This document shows positions 1 to 11,591 of a stretch of DNA of 64,000 nucleotides, piece after piece. The stretch is from positions 11,594,001 to 11,658,000 of the forward strand of contig CM069145.1 of NCBI GenBank assembly GCA_035221665.1. The letters run 5' to 3'. The position numbers and the translations under genes are program-made. Position 1 is the first letter of the stretch. Each line of letters opens with the position of its first letter. This DNA comes from Okamejei kenojei (taxonomy: Eukaryota). The notes beneath the pieces were generated by a model that worked only from the letters and a program-made list of their open reading frames with translations, was not told the origin of the DNA and did no database searches.

Positions 1-220
1 CTGTCTCTGCAGACTTTGTACGTTTTCCCTGTGACCTGCATAGGTTTCCTCTGGTTGCTCCCACTCACCAAAGATGTACAGGTTTGTAGGCTAATTGGCA
101 TCGGTAAATATTGTCCTTCGTGTGTCGGATAGTGTTAATGTGCGGGGATCGCTGGTCGGCACGGAGCTGGTGGGCCAAAGGGCCTGTTTCCATGCTGTAT
201 CTCTAAACTAAACCAAAACT
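1..220 (+). mobile_element. tRNA-derived V-type SINE (HE1-like), 5' end outside the window
   Basis: V-domain-like core (ccaaagatgtacaggtttgtaggctaattgg), CR1-like 3' end (gggcctgtttccatgctgtatctc) and (TAAAC)n tail. Confidence 0.85.
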
Positions 221-250
221 AAAAGGACGGTTCAAAAAGGTGTCCAACAA

Positions 251-483
251 GGGCAGTCACAGTGGCACAGCGGTAGAATTGTTGCCTTAGAGCAAAATGC
301 AGCACCAGAGATCCGGGTTCGACCCCGACTACGGGTGCTGTCTGTACGGAGTTTGTACGTTCTCCCCGTGATCTGAGTGGGTTTTCTCTGAGATCTTCGG
401 TTTCCTCCCACACTCCAAAGACGTACAGGTTTGTAGGTTAATTGGATTGATTAATTGGCTTGATAAAAATGTAAAAATTGTCC
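251..483 (+). mobile_element. tRNA-derived V-type SINE, 3' truncated
   Basis: A-box-like tggcacagcggt, B-box ggttcgacccc, V core ggtttcctcccacactccaaagac. Confidence 0.85.
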
Positions 484-1262
484 AAGTTGGCGATATGCAG
501 AGTACTGCCCTGCCGACTACAACATTCAGAAGGTTCAAAAGACCAAGGAAATCCTCCGTCTACTTTTAATATAAGGGAGCTTTACTCTCTATCTGAGCAA
601 GTACATGACACATTCACCAAATGAAAGAATGTACCTTCAAAATTTAAACCTTTTCCCTTAAATTGTCTCTTGGTAGATGTAAGGCAATATCATTATTATT
701 TCTGAATCGATCCAAACATACATTCTAAGTATTACTCATAGTACGAGTCACAGTGGGCTTCAGTTCAACATACCAATCTGTGCTCAAATTGACAGCACAG
801 CCATTATAGATTCTAACCACAGAGGAAATTAATCCAGAGCATCCCAGACACCACAGTGCGGATGTCGCAACATGTTTCAACACTTTTAGTTGCAGAGGAT
901 ATGCACGTACTGTGTGTGTTTTACAAAGAGTGCTGAGTAAGTGTTTTGTTAAGTTTCCATATACTCCTCATCTTCATCAAGAAATGTATTTCCACCACTT
1001 ATTCATTTCTGTTCTGTACCTGACAGGTACTCTTTTCACTTGTGATGAAAAGTAGTAAGATTAAACGAGAACTTACCAAGGTTGATCTGTATTTTACGAG
1101 GAGTCGCGGTGAGGGATTTCGTGAAGACCCCGCCAGCACGCATGCGCGGCATCCTTCAAAGCAGCGGTGTGGAGTCACAGAAACATATCATGACTAAAAA
1201 TAGTAAGATGAAGAACGTAGAACTACCTGGTTGACCTTATGATAGAGGGTGGGAGCGGTGGG

Positions 1263-1376
1263 CACGAAATCCCTCACCACGACTCCTCGTAAAATACAGA
1301 TCAACCTTTAAACTTGGTAAGTTCTCGATTAATCTTACTATTTTACTTCGGAGTCACGTGAGTGACTTCGTGAAGA
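1263..1376 (-). repeat. DIRS internal complementary region (ICR)
   Basis: 1263-1340 is the reverse complement of 1053-1123 (one 7-bp indel, two mismatches); 1339-1376 is the reverse complement of 6364-6401 (one mismatch). Confidence 0.92.
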
Positions 1377-1556
1377 TTTCAAAGCTCTGTGATTTCACGC
1401 CCTGGACAACGTCCATGCTTATCACACTGCCGCAAGTCTGATGGAGGAAGGCTGTTAATGGAGTTCAGTCGAAACTGGCTGAAAAATCAACACAATTTAT
1501 TAATCAAATAAACAACAAATAACCCCTAATTCTGGGACAGACATTCACTGAGCGGT

Positions 1557-2507
1557 TCACAGGATAGCTTCTGCGAATGTCGCAGGGGCGACCAGTGGCT
1601 TGTTGTAGAACCGTTGAAAGGTTTCTTCACTGGCCCAGCCCGCGGTGGCGAGGATGTGGTCCATGGGCACCTCCATGGCCCTCGCCGCTGATGTGGATGC
1701 AGCCCTGGTGGAATGAGACTTAAAAATGTTAGTAGCAACTCCTGCTGCATCCAGCACCACCCTGAGCCACCTGGCGATAGTCTGTACAGTCACCCGATGA
1801 TGCGGAGGTTTGTGGCTGATGAGGAGCCCCTGTTACTTCATCCTGATAACTTTTGTAACTCGGATGTAGTGGTGGAGATGGGTGACTATGCAGAGAGTGG
1901 CATCTACAGGGTACGCCCGAAATTCCAACTGCAGCCCATGCGCCCCTGGCCTGTGCTGCTTCAATAATTCTTCGACAAAGAAATTTATTTGACCAGGGGT
2001 GGCCACCATGCTGTCCAGTCGCAGTTTTTGTAATGTCTGGACTCGTTGGGCTGTAGTCAGTGCCATCAGCATCACCACCTTGAGGGTGAGCTGTTTCAGT
2101 GGTAGCTCATTCATTGGAGCCCAGCTCCTCAGTAGGGTCAGCACGATCCCCACATCCCACGTTACAGAATATCTGGGTCGCGGAGGGTTGGTGTTGAACA
2201 CTCCCCTCATTAGTTTAGACACCAGGTGGTTGGAGCTGATACCTATATCCAGTTATGAGGACAGCGCACTCCTGGCGCTGTTGATGGCACTGTAGCTGAG
2301 GCCAGCATCGAAATGGAGGCCAGCTAGAAACTCCAGGACATCAGGTATTGTTGCCGAGTTGGAAGTCTTGTTAGTCCGGGCACAGAATGCCTCCCACTTC
2401 CTGATTTGGGTGAGGTACTGTTTCCGAGTTGATTCTCGGCATGATGCGGCGATAAGTTCTATGGCTCGTGATGAGATGCCCGCCTGGATGAGTGGTCTTT
2501 TCAGAAC
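1557..2507 (-). pseudogene. DIRS tyrosine recombinase, split over ORFs 2253-2540, 1833-2222 and 1557-1793
   Basis: N-terminal STRKQY...WEAFC and SYSAINSARSALS; catalytic R in TAQR, HSTR (HxxR), AGW and C-terminal RFY; interrupted near 2253 and 1833. Confidence 0.92.
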
Positions 2508-4519
2508 CTGCAGGCTAACAAGTTTAAATGACCATGGCAAGGATGACTAACCCCGGTAACGGGGTGAGTAATCAATTTGGGATGTTTCCCAATCGCCATC
2601 CATGGTTGTTTTAAAATTTTAACGACCATCGGGTACCATGGTTGTGTAGGCCAGTCGGGAATGATCAATATGCCAGTTGCAGAGTCTAGTTTAATTTTCT
2701 GCAAAACCCGACTGATGAGGCAGAATGGGGGAAATGTGTAGCAAAACCATTTCCCCCAATGGATAGAAAACGCATCCATTGCTATCGCCCCAGAGTCTGG
2801 TTCCCACGACACATACGTTGGTATCTGATGGTTCAGCCTGGACGCAAATAGGTCAATATCTGGTGTCCCATAGTGAGCTATAATATCTCCAAAAATTTGG
2901 AGATATTATAGCTCACTATGGGACACCACTCGATGTTGTCATTGAATACTCGTGACCTGGTGTCCGCCACTGTTTAAGCTTCCCAGGCAAATAGGTCGCC
3001 GTAATCCAAATATTCCTTTCAATGCACCAGTGCCAAATTGTATTAGCCAATTCATCACAAGATAGCGACCTGATACCACCCATATGATTGATGTAAGCCA
3101 CCACTGTAGTATTATCTATTCGAAGGCGGACATGTAAATCCCGTGAATTAGTACAGTAAGCCCGCAGTCCATGAAATGCCCCCAGAATTTCTATATAGTT
3201 TATCCCGTGTGACTCCAGGAATGTAGACTCATGAGAGTTCTATCTGCCATCACAACTGGACATCGTATCAGTTGCTCCCCAGTCTTGTGCGCTTGCGTCA
3301 GTTTGTAGCACAACGTCAGGTTTGCTTACTATGATGGGTCTATGACACTCTCTAATATTGTCCCACCATTGTAGCTCGTTTCTAGCTTTCGGTGGTAACC
3401 GAATTGGCCGATCAAAGTGCCCAGCATTTGTTTTTAATGCTGTGATCTTTGTTCTTTGTAAATTTTGGTAGTGTAGTGGTCCGAATTGTGCAGCTGGGAA
3501 TATAGCTACCAATTTCCCTATAACCTTTGCTGTTTGCCGAATGGTCGGTACCCTGGCGCAAGCAAGATTGTGGCACTCTTCTATTATAGCAGTAGCTTTA
3601 TTGGTTGGGATGGTAATCTTCATTAAATTGGTGTCTAGGGTGAACCCCAAATAGTCCATAACCCGTCCCGGGTGCAATTTTGATTTGTCTGGATGGATTA
3701 CAAACCCCAGCTTCTCGAAAAGAGCCTTAGTTGCAGCCACTCCTTGGATTGCCAATTGGAGGGTCTGACCCACTATAAGGATATCATCCAAATATGCCAT
3801 TACTATATAATTTTGTTGTCGGAGAAGAGCCAATATAGGGTTTTACCAATTTTGTAAACAGCCTAGGGGATGTGGTGATTCCATTGGGCAATGCCTTGTA
3901 TTCCCATAATTGACCCTTCCAGACAAACTTCAGGACTTTTCTGTGAGCCTCAGAGATGGGCACCGTATAGTATGCATCTTTCAAATCGATGCATGCCATA
4001 AAGTACCCTGGATAAAGCATCTGCTTGACTGTTTCAAAAGTATCCATTTTGAAATGGGTATATTGTTCAGCTCAGTTAAGTCTATTATAATCCGACATCC
4101 CCCATCTTTTTTTTTTTTTTAATTCTGGTGAAGATGTTGGACACAAACTCAATAGGTTCATGCTTGGTTTTGCCAATTACCCCTTTTGCTGCTAGCCGTA
4201 TAATTTCAGCATGTCCTGCCTCCACCTCTTTTTGGGATAGAGTAAAATTCCTGTGAGGCGAATGCTGGGTAGGGGGATTTATACCTCCAATAAATTCTAT
4301 AACATACCCTTGAACACTTTGTAAAATAAACTCATCTGTGGTGACAGTTTTCCATATGTCCAAGAAAGCCCGCAATCGCCCACCTATTCGTGCAGGAGGA
4401 GATGCTACGGCGTGAGAGGAACCAGACCCCCTTACCTCCATGGTTAATGGCGGTTCCGTACGTACGATGTTTTGGGTGGACGTTGTGGAGGTTGACAGGA
4501 TGGCGGCCGCATCTTCCAT
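2501..4519 (-). pseudogene. DIRS pol: reverse transcriptase, RNase H and adenine-methyltransferase-like domain, several frameshifts
   Basis: IDLKDAYY, LPNGITTSPRLFTK, AYLDDILI, LQTDAS (RNaseH), VAYINHMGG, DAFSIHW..YTFPPF (MT-like); frameshifts at the T-run near 4107-4120, near 3830 and further downstream. Confidence 0.93.
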
Positions 4520-6235
4520 GCAGGCCGCTGTTGGCCTTGCCCTAAACAAGGTCGTTGTGTTTGTTGAAGTGGAGGTAGGTAGGACCTTTGTGTCCTGTCC
4601 GGCAGTCGTGGTTTCCAGGTTGTGTTTGGCTGTTGCCGGTGGTATGGGTGAAGTCTGGCTGTCGGAGGTTTCATGAGGCCAGCTGTTTTGGACTCCTCGT
4701 CCAGTTCCTTCACCTGTTTGGACAGGTCTCCAAACAACTGATGCGGCGGTGGAGCGGTTGATGGTAGGCACAACCCCGCGAATTTGGGGTTGAGTGTGGG
4801 CTTTATGGAGCTCTTACGCAGGCAGTTTATCTCATACTGGGCGTTGCATAGGAGTGCCAGTGCATCTTGCTGTTCACTGGACACATTATCCCCATCCAGG
4901 GTCCTAGCAAACGGCGTTATGCCCGTGGAGAGAACCTTTAAGATACGCTGGAGGCGGACATCCTGCATCCTAGTGGCCGTACTCAAGTGTCCCCAGATCT
5001 GGGCATTAACCAAGGGCACACTGAGGTTGATGCAGTTCGCGGGCGGTTTTATTTTCTCCAAGGTATCATTGAGAACCTGACTCTGAAGTTGGTGCGTAGT
5101 CAGGTAATCAATGGTGCCCGCCAATTTGTGGTGCAGAGGTTCACCTGTCTGGGTGGTAGCGGCAAACTTACTCACCACTTCCAGCATATCCTCCTCATGC
5201 TCTGGCTCAGCGGTCACTGGCTGTCCCGGGTCGTCTTCAAACACAGCAGCTGGGCAATCGCTAACGCTTCTGGCTGGAGACGATGAGATGCTGAGTGGGG
5301 TCCTCGCACGGCTAGTGGATGCCCGCGAGTCCCGCTCTTCCCGTTCCCTGTCCCGCTGGAGGAGTTGCTCCACTAAGAGCTCCAACCGCTCTATGCGACC
5401 GTCCCTGCTATGTGCAGCGGACAAGCCGACTTCCCCAGGCCCTGCAAACTCACTGGGGCTTCCACCATCGGACCACACCTCCGTAAGGTGCTGTCTAGGG
5501 TCCAATGGTAGGTTGTCGTGACCTACAGCCCAAGTAGGATCATACGATTCCCGCACGGACTCTCCGCTAGTCTGTCTTCTCCCAGACTGTGGCGGCCCAC
5601 CTGTCTGATATGAAGGCAGGTGAGTTGAATCGGCGCCGGCCCCCAGAACCTGGCTCCCCGGAGTCCGTGCAGGCTTACCTCCACACTTGCCCATCTTTTG
5701 GCGTGGAGGCGCATGGTCGGCCGCTCCCAGAGCTGAGCTGACCGACCGCCTACTGCTGCCACCTCCGCCCTTGACCGCAGCCTGACGGGGTGTGTTGTCG
5801 GCGGTATCTGCTCCTGCAGGCCTACTCGACGCAGCAGTGGAGCTGCCAGACTGCACTACGGCAGATCTCCCTGGCAGTGGTACGTATTGCACTTTTGCAG
5901 GGCTCCCCTGTCGTGCAGCTGTCCCCCGGCCCAGCCCCCTCGGGTCTTCCGGGAGAGGTCGCTTGTGAAGAGCGAGGCCCCTTAGCACGTACCTGATTCC
6001 CCCCTCTTTTCTTGGGGGAAGGGGGCTCGAAGTCTGGATCCGTTGCATCCAGCTCCGGGGCGGCAAACCACTCGGGTGAGTCGGGCGCTAAAGTAGCGGG
6101 AGCGCCCGACTTCCGCATTCCTGCCCCCACATGCCTCGAAGCTGCCGGTGGTGCTTGCAGCTCCGGGGACAAGGGCCGTTGGCTGGTTGAAGCTCGGCTC
6201 CTCGACAGCGTCGCCTTCCTCTTGCCCTTGTCCAT
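4444..6235 (-). pseudogene. DIRS gag-like ORF1; ATG 6235 (MDKGKRK) with one frameshift into the 540-aa frame
   Basis: Long low-complexity, coiled-coil-like ORF upstream of and overlapping pol inside the element; C-terminal half KPPANC...QIW...LFGD resembles DIRS ORF1. Confidence 0.75.
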
Positions 6236-6482
6236 CCTGTGGAGTGAAGGTAAGTACTTACCTGCCGGCCTTATGAAGGAGCCCGAGGAGAGAGCGCACT
6301 CCCCCCCCCAGCCTGCCGATGCAAATGCGCGCGACGATATGCAGCGCATGCGTGCTGGCGGGGTCTTCACGAAGTCACTCACGTGACTCTGAAGTAAAAT
6401 AATATTATAGACTAATCAGGGCACATACACTATGATCTCCATAGTGGAGTTCTTATCTGTCAGTAGGCATATGAGAGTCTTA

Positions 6483-7073
6483 TGGGCCTGTCCCACTTAG
6501 GATATTTTTTAGGCGACTAGGCTGTCACCACATGGTCGTCGGGGTGTCGCCTGTATGGTCGTGAGTCGTCTCGTCAGTCGCCCAAAGAGTCGTAGCGTCT
6601 TTCTGGTCGCCGCTGGATTTTCAACATGTTCAAAAATTTCGGCAACAGTCAGTTGACGCCAATGAGCGTAGCTTGACTTCTCCGGACGTAGGTTGTCGCC
6701 GGGTGCTGACTTCGGTGAATTCCATTGGTGACTACCTACGTCAACCTACGTCAACCGGCAACAGGTACCGGCGACTGAATTGTCTTCAGTTGTCGCGGAC
6801 ACGGTCGTAGCTTGTCGCGGGGGGATATAGGTTGACCTCGGTTGTCATAGGATGTCGCCTTTGTGATCGTAGGTTGCCGGAGGTGTGGTCGCAGGTGGAC
6901 GTCCTAATGGGTCGCCGGTTGTCGGTAGCTTGCCGTAGCTTAACATCGACTAGGTGGTAGGTTGTCGTAGCTTGTCGTAGACATTGTCGTAGGGGGATCC
7001 AGTCGCCATTTTTTCGGTGACCTGCTACAACTATGACAGTCGCCTAAAAAATCGCTTAAGTGGGACAGGCCCA
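6483..7073. mobile_element. PIF/Harbinger-type MITE
   Basis: TIR TGGGCCTGTCCCACTTA / TAAGTGGGACAGGCCCA; TTA duplication at 6480-6482 and 7074-7076; internal GTCGTAG/GTCGCC motifs. Confidence 0.9.
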
Positions 7074-7111
7074 TTACACTGTGTAATGATTGCCAGCCTC
7101 ATTACTGCAAT

Positions 7112-7414
7112 TGACACAAAATGCTGGAATAACTCAGCGGGACAGGTAGCATCTCTGGAGAGAAGGAATGGGTGATGTTTCGTGTCGACACCCTTCTTCA
7201 GATTGAGAGTCAGAGGAGAGGGAGACTAGAGATATGGATGGGTGTGGTGTGAAAACCACAGATCAAAGTAGATGACGATAAGGAAATGTAGAATGGTTCA
7301 TTGTTAGCTGAGGGAAAGGTGACAACAACAAATACAATCAGTAAAATTTAATCGGGAGAACAGTAGAACTAGTCGGAGAACTCGGATGGGGGAGGGACGG
7401 AGAGAGAGGGAAAG
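7112..7414 (-). mobile_element. Penelope-like element terminal (pLTR) fragment
   Basis: Same terminal sequence as the one following the PLE coding region at 9730-9818; 12-bp flanking duplication cattactgcaat. Confidence 0.75.
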
Positions 7415-7469
7415 CATTACTGCAATGTTCTCTCGCACCTGTTAATGAACCCACTCACACTAGCAAGAT

Positions 7470-7647
7470 AAGAGCTCGATAGGGCTCTTAAAGATAGCGG
7501 AGTCAGGGGATATGGGGAGAAGGCAGGAACAGGGTACTGATTGGGGATGATCACCCGTGATCACATTGAATGACGGTGCTGGCTCGAAGGGCCGAATGGC
7601 CAACTCCTGCACCTATTGTCTATAGTCTATTGTCTATTGTCTATTGT
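7470..7647 (+). mobile_element. CR1 LINE 3' UTR fragment
   Basis: gctcgaagggccgaatggcc..ctcctgcacc followed by (CTATTGT)n tail, as in the CR1 copy at 24162-24783. Confidence 0.8.
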
Positions 7648-8229
7648 CACCCACATGCATAAACTACTTCACACATCTCCCCAACATAAGCAATCCTGCA
7701 AGCAGTTAAGCATTGCTTTCATGGGGTATGAAAGCATTGCTTTCATTATCCCTTGTTTCATTATCACGCAGCCTTGAAGTTTTAGTACTTTACAAGTACT
7801 TGTCTCACTTCTCTTTAGTGCCACAGTTCTCTCTGTCATTCACCGCAACTTCCAGAAACCCCCTGGGACCGCTGTTAATTAGTGATGGCCCTGATAATAT
7901 GATTGCAATTGATCTATTAATACATTGAAAATTGTCAATCTGCATTTCCCATTGCTTTTGACCCAGCACAGTGATTCCTGTTGAACTTAATTGCAGAAAC
8001 TGCGTAGGGTGGAACTGCAGATACAGGTTGAAACTGAAGGCAGACATAAAAAGCTGGAGTAACTCATCAGATCAGGCAGCATCTCTGGACAAAAGGAAAC
8101 TTGCAGAAACTGTCCAGTTAGAAGAAGCATCAAAACACATTGCACATTTTGCAAGATTCAACACACCATCAATGGTCCATCCTATCCCCCCCCCCCACCT
8201 TGTCCAGTCCCTTCCCACCTATGTCTGAG

Positions 8230-9818
8230 ACACCTCATGTGCCTTTCAATTATTTAATAACTTTTAATTTCTAGGCCCCGATTGCCTCATCTTCACCATT
8301 GGGTCGAGTCCCTCTGCACCTCCATCCCCCCAAAGGAACATCTCAAAGCCCTTTGTTTCTTTCTCCAACAGAGACCCAATCGTTTCCCTCTACGAACGCT
8401 CTCCTCTGCGTGGTGGAACTTGTCCTCCGCCTGGTGGAACTTGTCCTCCGCCTGGTGGGACTTGTCCTCATCCTCAACAGCTTTTCCTTCGATTCCTTCA
8501 ACTCACTTCCTCCAAGTTAAAGATGTTGCTATGGGTACTTGCATGGGCCCCGGCTGTGCCCGGTTTTCTGTCAGTTACTTGGAGCAGTCCTTGTTCCAGG
8601 CATACACTGGCGGTGTTCCCCAACTCTTTATCCGCTAATTCACGATCGCATCAAGGCAGCCTCCTGCACCCATGCAGAACTCATTGATTTAATTAACCTC
8701 CACCCTGCCCTCAAATTCACCTGGACTATCTCTCTCCTCTTTCTTGATCACCCTGTCTCTACCACATGGGACAGACTATCGGCTGACATCTACTATAAAC
8801 CTGCCGACTCCCACAGTTATCTGGACTACACTTCCTCCCCCCTGCCTCTTGCAAAGACACTATTCCCTACTCCCAATTCCTCTGTCTCCGCCGCATCTGC
8901 TCCCAAGATGAGTCCATTCAAGGATATCCGAGATCACACCACTAGTCGCATTGACTCATTTTCACCCCTTTCCACTTTCCCCTCTAGAGACTGCTCTGGT
9001 CGCAAGTCCTTGATTTGCTCATTCCTTCCAATTCATACCACCCCCTCCTCTGGTACTTTCCTCTGCATACGCAGAAAGTGGAACACCTGTTCCCATATCT
9101 CCTCTCTTCTCCTGTACCTCCCCCTGGTCTCCATCCAGGGACTCCAGCTGTCCTTCAATGTGAAACAGAGGTTCACAGGCTATCCTCACCTACCGATATT
9201 CCCGATGTGACCTTTTGTACAATGGAGAGACCATGTGTAGACTTGGCAATCGTGCTACGATCGCCGAGGCCTACTAGATCTCCTGGTGGCTAACCATTGG
9301 AACTCTCCTTCCCATTCCCACATTGACCTTTCTGTCCTGACCTTTCTTCCATTGCCATAGTGAAGCCATGTGGAAGCTGGAGGAACAGCACCTCATATTT
9401 GCTCGGGTAGCTTACAACCAGGTGGTATGAATGTTGAATTGTCCAATTTTAGGCAACCTCTAAACAATACTCCCCTTGCCTTTTCTTCCCCAAACTCCGT
9501 CTTTCTCCCCCTTTTACCCCTCCACCACCTCCCCCTCCTGCTACTTTCCTCCTCCTGGCTTCACAATTCACAACTCTTCAAACCTGTCACACACTTATTG
9601 TTCTTATCTCTGCCCTTTGTTCCAACTATCTACCTTTCGAAAAATCCCACTGGCCTCTGTCGACCTAGCACCTGCCACTCTTTGCCCTGCTTCGCCATTT
9701 TTCCAGCTCTCTTCTCCCTCCCTACAATTAGTCTGAAGAAGGGTCGCGACCCAAAATGTTACTATCCATATTCTCCAGTGATGCTGCCTGACCCTCTGAG
9801 TTACTTCATCACTTTGTG
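8230..9818 (+). mobile_element. Degenerate Penelope-like element: RT, GIY-YIG remnant and 3' pLTR
   Basis: FLQVKDVAMGTCMGP, YYKPADSHSYLDYTS, KLEEQHL-like end; colinear with the better copy at 39151-40050. Confidence 0.85.
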
Positions 9819-10699
9819 TCCCCTTGGACACTGTAGGGAGAATGGAATTAAAAGAAGCACAGGCAGAAGACAGCAAATCAGATATAGTATTGACCAATAT
9901 TTATCCCACTATCTGTAAATAACAGATTGCTCGATTGTGCACTGTTCCTATTGATATTTTTGTCTTCTGCTTTTAGATTTATAGTATGACGCAGAATTAA
10001 AATGCAATGGTTTATTCCCATGTAAGGGATTTAATTGGAATATGTTATACAAATACATTTGATACATTTCCTAATCAATGCATGTTAATGTCTATCCTGA
10101 TCATTGTTTGTTCTCTCAACTCTGCCAAATGTGCCTTACCCAATCTCTCCAATACGCTCTTTATTGGGAAGCCATTCATTGCAAATGCCACTTTAATCGC
10201 TACTCCTGGCTCTAATGCATTGCCACTTTGTTTTCTGCCTTTAAAAGGCTATCTTAAAATCTCCGTCCTCTTCATGGGCTTTGGATAATGAGTCGTTTCA
10301 GAAATAACTGACATACAAGTTAATGCGGAAGGCTTTGTTGGTGAGTTTGTTGGCACTTCACACCAGCCCAGGGTTTGCTGAACTGATGCATGACGTAAGT
10401 AAAGTTGACCTGATAGCTGCTGCTTTGCAGCTCTTTGTTCAGACTATTTCCCCCCTTAATGTCACACGGCTATCCAGCAATGGGAAAAATACAATGTTAA
10501 AGGATCACAAACAACTGTCAATGTTCCATTCTCTGAGACAAAAGTCAAACGTAATTAAGCTTTTTAAAACTCCTTAAGATCCACAAGGAATAGTGTACCA
10601 CGAACTAATGGACATTTTTTCTGACTTTTATGCAATAATTTCTTCGAAGACATGGGCACGTAGTCAACAGTCCCATGGAAAATAACGAAACTAGGATAA

Positions 10700-11070
10700 A
10701 ATAAATATAGGAACAGACCCTCCTGCTCATATTGTCTGTGGCAAACATAATGTCATGATGAATGAATCTGCCTCCATATCCCTCCGTTCCCAGCATGTCC
10801 ATATATCTATCAGAAACGTCTAAAATGCCACTGGTATTTGCCTCCCTAGCAGTGCAGTCCAGGTGTCCACCACTCTCAGTGTAAAACATCTGCTCAGCAC
10901 CACACTTTAAACTTTTCCCCCTCTTATCTTAAGGCTGTGCCCTCTAGTCTTCGCCATTTTCACCCTGGAATTCAGGTTCCGACCATGACCTAACCATGCC
11001 TTTCATCATTTTAGCTACTTCTATCAGGTCTCTCCTCAGCCTCTGGCTTTCCAGAGAAAACAATCCTAGA
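10700..11070 (-). mobile_element. CR1 LINE 3' fragment, old
   Basis: Reverse complement of the CR1 RT end and UTR (actagagggcacagccttaagataag). Confidence 0.65.
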
Positions 11071-11339
11071 AAATGCACCAGGCATGTGCACAAAGAACAA
11101 TACAACAAAGATAAATACCACTGGCAGCATGTCGATTACTTCAAACAAATTAAGCTCAAATTAATTTAATTGCAAGATGTTCTATTTATCGAGGCTTTCA
11201 AGTTTAGTGCTCTCCAACCTTTATCACTCCTGAATAATTATGTCTATTTAGCAATGTTTTACTTGAAAATTCTCATTAATTAGGCGAATGTTATTATTTT
11301 AGATGAAAGCTCTGGTACAATTCCACTAAAGTAACCATA

Positions 11340-11560
11340 AGACCAAAAGAAACAGGGGGAGAATTAGGCCATTCAGCCCATCGAGCCTACTCCATTAGTG
11401 GATCATAACTGATCTATTTTCCCCTCTCAACCCCATTCTCCTGCCTTCTCCTCATAACCGTTAACACCCTTAAGGACCCGTCCCACTTAGGGATTTTTCA
11501 CTGCCAGATTGCCAAGTTCGCGGCAGCGTGTGGGAACTGGAACAGCGTGGGTCAGAGTGG

Positions 11561-11591
<31 letters not shown>

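Larger units (their letters stand above)
1053..6401 (-). mobile_element. Full-length DIRS1-type tyrosine-recombinase retrotransposon, inactivated copy
   Basis: gag, RT/RNaseH/MT and YR in order on the minus strand; 30-bp inverted repeat 1118-1147 vs 6344-6373; internal complementary region 1263-1376 matching both outer termini. Confidence 0.95.

Noticed and set aside
251-335. tRNA-like A/B box sequences here and in other copies
   Set aside because: They are SINE heads continuing into the V core and tail, not complete cloverleafs
1557-2880. Phage or prophage reading of the integrase plus methyltransferase
   Set aside because: Both are standard DIRS1 domains linked to RT/RNaseH within the ITR/ICR structure
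4440-6386. Plus-strand ORFs inside the DIRS element
   Set aside because: Antisense shadows of GC-rich gag with no motifs
9370-9918. 182-aa hydrophobic ORF and many similar 60-130 aa ORFs in the track
   Set aside because: Read-through of pyrimidine-rich pLTR or SINE sequence; the same peptides recur wherever the repeats recur
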